From a virus (lineage: Duplodnaviria > Caudoviricetes), in the IMG/VR virus record IMGVR_UViG_3300031949_000088, positions 1-41,034 of that record: a DNA stretch of 41,034 bases; one strand, written 5' to 3'. The stretch's first letter is position 1. Each line of letters starts with the position of its first letter. This document shows, one piece after another, positions 37,056 to 41,034 of this stretch. The position numbers were made by a program, and so were the translations under genes. The notes under the pieces were generated by a model. That model ran no database searches and was not told the DNA's origin. It was given only the letters and a program-made list of their open reading frames with translations.

Positions 37056-37751
37056 ATGGGAATGGGTCAACTCAGCGCTGCGGTTGCAGCGCAGGCCATG
37101 CAGCAAGCCTCGATCAATGCTCAGCAGAGCATGGTTCAGTCCGCGATCGCGGCGGTGACTGCGCAGCAGCAGTTCATCATCAATTCGTTCAAGGGCCAAA
37201 TCTACATCAGCGATCAGCTCGATGTGCAGGACACGCCCATCTACGACACCATCACCTACGCGGCTGGTGGCACGATCAACACGATCAACTCGCGTTTCTT
37301 CACAAACGTGGAAGATGGATCGGGCAAGAGCTACGCGCAAACCAACATGACGCAGAACGGCAAGTTGGACGCGCCGGAAGCCTTCGCGGTTTTCGGCGTG
37401 CGGCTGGGCTTCTCCGAAGACATCCTGCGTTCGGATCTGACGACGCTCTTGAACTCGTGGGCCTACGAGTTTTGGCTGGGGAAGAAAGAATACCAGCGCG
37501 GCAACATTCGGCACTTCAGCTCCGGCTGGGGTATCGCCGGGTGCACCACCAACACGGCGGAGGCGTTCTACACCAACGGCTCTCCTGGCCGTGAGTCCAT
37601 GAACATGCTCGCCGTCAAGCTGGTCATTGCGAACCAGATGTCGTTTTACGGGCAGCTCACCGGCGCGGCCAGCCAAGCGCTGTCCGAAGCGGGAACCGGG
37701 CTCATTCTCGTGAATGAGCTGGTGGGCCTCTACGCTCGCGGCGTGCAATAG
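37056..37751 (+). CDS. candidate major capsid protein (single jelly-roll inferred)
   Basis: Long purine-rich leader with TAAGGAG; strongly C/G-ending codons; beta-strand pattern (IYDT, FF, TNM..NGKL..P..F.V); followed by a GAAA hairpin. Fold not verified. Confidence 0.6.
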   Translation: MGMGQLSAAVAAQAMQQASINAQQSMVQSAIAAVTAQQQFIINSFKGQIYISDQLDVQDTPIYDTITYAAGGTINTINSRFFTNVEDGSGKSYAQTNMTQNGKLDAPEAFAVFGVRLGFSEDILRSDLTTLLNSWAYEFWLGKKEYQRGNIRHFSSGWGIAGCTTNTAEAFYTNGSPGRESMNMLAVKLVIANQMSFYGQLTGAASQALSEAGTGLILVNELVGLYARGVQ

Positions 37752-37785
37752 ACGAAAGGACGCGGACCACTTACCAACAACGGCG

Positions 37786-37805
37786 GGGCGGCGGAAACGC
37801 CGCCC
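37786..37805 (+). terminator. GC hairpin with GAAA tetraloop (attenuator or mRNA stabiliser)
   Basis: GGGCGGCG-GAAA-CGCCGCCC with only a TT tail, directly after the capsid candidate. Confidence 0.6.
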
Positions 37806-37822
37806 TTCCAAAAGAGGCCGAT

Positions 37823-38281
37823 GTGAAGAACACCTACCCGATCAACCAATTCGCTCCGGCCTATCTACAAGGCGTGATGACGCCCCCGCCTGGTCAGGTG
37901 GGATTCGAGGACAAGTATTTCGATTACGTGTTTGATCCGCGCGGGGGCCAGATATTGCTCGGCACCGATCCCATCGAAGAGCTGCAAATCGATCAGGACG
38001 CGGATTTCTATTTCACTGGTTTGCTCATCACCAAAATGACGGCCGATTTCCTGGTGCAGATCACCGATGCCAGTGGCTTCGAACTGACGGACGGTTTTAT
38101 TTCGTCCACCACCTTGTCGGCCTGCCCGTCGTTCCCGACGCAGCTAGGCGTGAAGCATCCGCTTCCAGCGGGTAGCAAGCTCGTCCTACACTTCCGGGAA
38201 ATCTCAGCGACCGACAATGCGCTGCAACTAGTTTTTAAGGGCTACAAACGATATCGCCGCTCAATGGAGAGTGCAGCATGA
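37823..38281 (+). CDS. beta-rich minor capsid/vertex candidate 1
   Basis: IDQDADFYF, QITDASG, H.LPAG, LQLVFKGYKRY. Confidence 0.7.
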   Translation: MKNTYPINQFAPAYLQGVMTPPPGQVGFEDKYFDYVFDPRGGQILLGTDPIEELQIDQDADFYFTGLLITKMTADFLVQITDASGFELTDGFISSTTLSACPSFPTQLGVKHPLPAGSKLVLHFREISATDNALQLVFKGYKRYRRSMESAA

Positions 38282-38670
38282 CACCGATGGAAGAGCTAGG
38301 GTTTTTCGATCGAAACTTTGAATACTTGTTTGTTCCACCGAACGGGCAGCTTACCCCCGGCCAGGTGTTGAACACTCAAATTTCGATCAACGTCGACGCC
38401 GAATTTTGGATCGCGGCTCTGTACCAAACAGGAGACTCCGTTTATGAAGTGATGATTACCGATTCGGACGGCTACCAGTTCAGCAACGTCCCCCGTCAAT
38501 CGGGCGGCATCCCTGGTGTTTCGTCGCCCGAAGTCATCTCCCCGGCTCACCGCATCCCGGCAGGCGGCAGAATCCAGCTCAACATCACGGAGCTGTCGGG
38601 CGCAACCGCGGACATGGGCCTGGTCTTCAAGGGCTGGAAACGATTTCAAAAGCCGGTCCCGCAACAATGA
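38278..38670 (+). CDS. beta-rich minor capsid/vertex candidate 2
   Basis: INVDAEFWI, MITDSDG, HRIPAG, GLVFKGWKRF; paralog of 37823. Confidence 0.7.
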   Translation: MTPMEELGFFDRNFEYLFVPPNGQLTPGQVLNTQISINVDAEFWIAALYQTGDSVYEVMITDSDGYQFSNVPRQSGGIPGVSSPEVISPAHRIPAGGRIQLNITELSGATADMGLVFKGWKRFQKPVPQQ

Positions 38671-39842
38671 AAAACTTTTTGCAGTATCCGTATTCTCCCC
38701 CCGAGGGCTACTACGATCTGCCCTTTACGTGGATCTTTGATGCGGGCGACCTGGTCGATGGTAGCGATGCACTGAACCGGTTCGTGTACATGCAGGGCGG
38801 CTATGGCGATTTCATCCTGCGCCGAATCGTGGGGCTCGATCGCGTGTTGCTCGATTCGCTCGCCACCCCGCCGTTTCAGGGGGGCCGCTATCGCACTTAC
38901 GATCGCTATGGTTCGCCGATGCAGTCAGCGCCTCAGAACATCATTCGGGTTAGCTCTATTCCCGGCGACGTTGGAATTGCTCCGGAGGAAATCTACCCCG
39001 AGCTGGGAAAGATCGCATTCGATCTCTACTCGATCCTAAAGATTTCGGCGCTCACTGCGCAGATCGCGTTCAAGGGTATTCGCCGGATGAAAGGCACGCC
39101 TCCCAAAACCTCCTACCGCCATCAGCCGAAAACCTTCAGTTACATTCAGACCGTCAGTTTGACCGGTGGCGTGGACATGGTGCCTATCCTCATGCGCCAA
39201 CAAATCCGGGACTACGATTTCGAGCTGTTCGATATCCGCCTACTCAAGCAGTCCGGCGGCAGCGCGGGCTCGGGCGGGGAAGCGGTGGCATCGGTTTCTT
39301 TCTTCGCGAATCCGGGCACAGCACCGTTCACGATCGAAATGCTGAGCGGCAGTGGCACTCCGAATTTGGTTCTAAGCGTGATCGTGGTACCTGGAGTATC
39401 GATCACGATTCAAGGAGCCACGGATGGGGCGGGCAGTCCGCTCTCTACGTCGGGCGATATGCTCGCGCTCTTCAATGCAACGCCTGACGCGGTGGCACTC
39501 GCTCAAATGTTTACCGACAATCCCGCTTTCGGCATCGCGGATATTACCCCGCCCGTGGTGGTGCAGGGTTCAGCCTGGGAGCCCATCAATCTCACGGACC
39601 CGCCTTTCTGCAAGCTGTGGATTCGCGACAAAGACCGCATAGCGATCGCCAGTGAGCCGGTGCTCGATATCTACTGCGACGGCGGCCCGGCAAGCGCATA
39701 CGTAGAGGGCTCGATCGTTCCCCCGCTGCTGTATCCGAAAGATCAGCTCTTGCAAATCGACGTTTCGAGCGTGATCGAAACCTTCACGACTCCGGTGGGC
39801 ATCATGATCGAGATGGTGGGGAGGCAGTTGATTCCATGCTAG
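38667..39842 (+). CDS. two-repeat minor capsid/vertex candidate with inserted domain
   Basis: YGDFILRRI...IAFKGIRR and DYDFELFDI...IEMVGRQ repeats; ~110-aa insertion in the second. Confidence 0.7.
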   Translation: MKNFLQYPYSPPEGYYDLPFTWIFDAGDLVDGSDALNRFVYMQGGYGDFILRRIVGLDRVLLDSLATPPFQGGRYRTYDRYGSPMQSAPQNIIRVSSIPGDVGIAPEEIYPELGKIAFDLYSILKISALTAQIAFKGIRRMKGTPPKTSYRHQPKTFSYIQTVSLTGGVDMVPILMRQQIRDYDFELFDIRLLKQSGGSAGSGGEAVASVSFFANPGTAPFTIEMLSGSGTPNLVLSVIVVPGVSITIQGATDGAGSPLSTSGDMLALFNATPDAVALAQMFTDNPAFGIADITPPVVVQGSAWEPINLTDPPFCKLWIRDKDRIAIASEPVLDIYCDGGPASAYVEGSIVPPLLYPKDQLLQIDVSSVIETFTTPVGIMIEMVGRQLIPC

Positions 39843-40366
39843 GCGAATTCCTAACTGAGTCGATCCTGAACAATTACCCGGTGATCGACGGTTTCACGTT
39901 GCGCCGCGACTATCGCTGCAACTATACGTTCCTGTCGCTGGCAGTCGATCAGTACGAGAGGCTGCGACGTGCGCAGAACTTCAAACAAAAGCAGTGGGTC
40001 TTTCCGCGCGATCCGTTCGCGGACCCGGTGCCAGCGTTTGGCAGTTCGGAGAAGGCGCTGCGCGTGGGCATCGGATCGGTCATTTGGGGCTACGGGCTTT
40101 CCGGCATAGTCCAGCCCGGACAGATCAGCGGCTTTCAGATCCGGGACACTTGCACCGATGAACCATTGTTCAGCGAGCCCATGACTCAGCAATTTTCGTT
40201 CTGGCCCGGGAACGTGACTGGTTTCAACGGGCCGATTGGGCTGCCAAGGCTGCTGGTGATCGGCAAGCCGGGGATCATCACAATCGAGCTGATGAACATT
40301 GGCTCAGCTCCCGCCCCGCAACAAATCGTTTTATACGGTGGCCAGCCTGTGGGGGTAGACCATTGA
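39836..40366 (+). CDS. beta-rich minor capsid/vertex candidate
   Basis: FQIRD....PLFSEP, LPRLLVI, ITIELMN, QIVLYGG. Confidence 0.65.
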   Translation: MLGEFLTESILNNYPVIDGFTLRRDYRCNYTFLSLAVDQYERLRRAQNFKQKQWVFPRDPFADPVPAFGSSEKALRVGIGSVIWGYGLSGIVQPGQISGFQIRDTCTDEPLFSEPMTQQFSFWPGNVTGFNGPIGLPRLLVIGKPGIITIELMNIGSAPAPQQIVLYGGQPVGVDH

Positions 40367-41034
40367 GAATTCCATCACTCGCCGATATCGTGCGTATGCC
40401 GTCGCCGTCGCGTCGGCTACCCTCCGCTTGGGGACCTGGTGGCGGCTCGGGGCCAGCTGGCAACGCTTTTTCTGGCGGGGGTCCAGGCGGTAACTACGCC
40501 GGAGGGCCTGGTCCTGGTGAGCCTGGGGGGAACGCCCTACAGCCTGGTGAAACATCAACCGGCCTTGTCATCCCTGCCGTGGCCAGCTCTTCGATGCCCG
40601 TTGCTGGCGATTGGACGCCCGCACAGCTCATCCCGGATTCGTCCCTGCCTGCGGCTCTCCAACGGGCGGGACAGCACGCTAGGACGCTCTACCGCGTCAA
40701 TGACAACGATGTGGCGCTCGTTCGGCAAGCCCGCATGTGGCAGTACATTTCCGAGCACGGCGGCCTGCGAAGCTGCTGCATAGTTCCCGAGCTGGGGCGG
40801 CCCATCTGGAGCAAGCCGCCTTGGATCGTCATGCCGTCCAACGGTCTCGAATTCCGAGAGGTCTTTAGCCAGTCGATCAATAACATTTCGGGGGGGCCGC
40901 CCTTTGACGGCACCGATACGTTGATCGGGTCGTGGGTCGTGCAGCAAGGCTACGACGGCCTGCTGAACCGCGTTGTGCTCGACTATGAAGGCCAGAGCAC
41001 CTTCCAGAATTTCTCCGGGAATATCGTTTGGCGG
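40363..41034 (+). CDS. 5' part of origin-spanning structural protein (MRIPSL..., Gly/Pro-rich N-terminus)
   Basis: TTG start overlapping the TGA of the previous gene; frame open to the window end and on to 337; missing from the ORF track. Confidence 0.8.
   Translation, partial: MRIPSLADIVRMPSPSRRLPSAWGPGGGSGPAGNAFSGGGPGGNYAGGPGPGEPGGNALQPGETSTGLVIPAVASSSMPVAGDWTPAQLIPDSSLPAALQRAGQHARTLYRVNDNDVALVRQARMWQYISEHGGLRSCCIVPELGRPIWSKPPWIVMPSNGLEFREVFSQSINNISGGPPFDGTDTLIGSWVVQQGYDGLLNRVVLDYEGQSTFQNFSGNIVWR
40908..41034. repeat. 127-bp exact terminal direct repeat, right copy
   Basis: Identical to 1-127. Confidence 0.97.

Noticed and set aside
36204-37811. 535-aa minus-strand ORF
   Set aside because: Antisense shadow of strongly biased + strand genes that have clear SD sites
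40908-41034. Biological terminal repeat of a linear genome
   Set aside because: The 127-bp length matches a typical assembler k-mer and the repeat lies mid-gene; best explained as circular overlap

Overview
The window is a complete circular replicon of 40,907 bp: bases 1-127 repeat exactly at 40908-41034, and one ORF reads through the join. It reads as a tailless, probably lipid-containing bacterial virus or phage-plasmid. No terminase, portal, HK97 capsid, tail genes, packaging ATPase, DNA polymerase or large integrase is recognisable. A ~17 kb translationally coupled + strand operon (25196, through the join, to 1498) encodes a transglutaminase-like Cys-His-Asp enzyme, about ten tail-anchored membrane proteins sharing an 'M-x-(V/I)P...G(L/M)G' leader, Lys/Arg-rich proteins punctuated by Asn-Pro motifs, a J-domain protein, two glycosyltransferases, a candidate single-jelly-roll major capsid protein and five paralogous beta-rich capsid/vertex candidates. 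The rest holds a lambda-O-like initiator with palindromic iterons and a structured RNA leader, two paralogous small serine recombinases, a Dam-like methyltransferase carrying a palindrome array, ArdC, HNH, an M23 peptidase, an AT-hook protein, a signal-peptide spike-like protein followed by gene fragments, and many small genes, often leaderless. An Acidobacteriota (Bryobacterales-like) host is suggested only from recalled similarity. Fold and host assignments are inferences; no searches were run.
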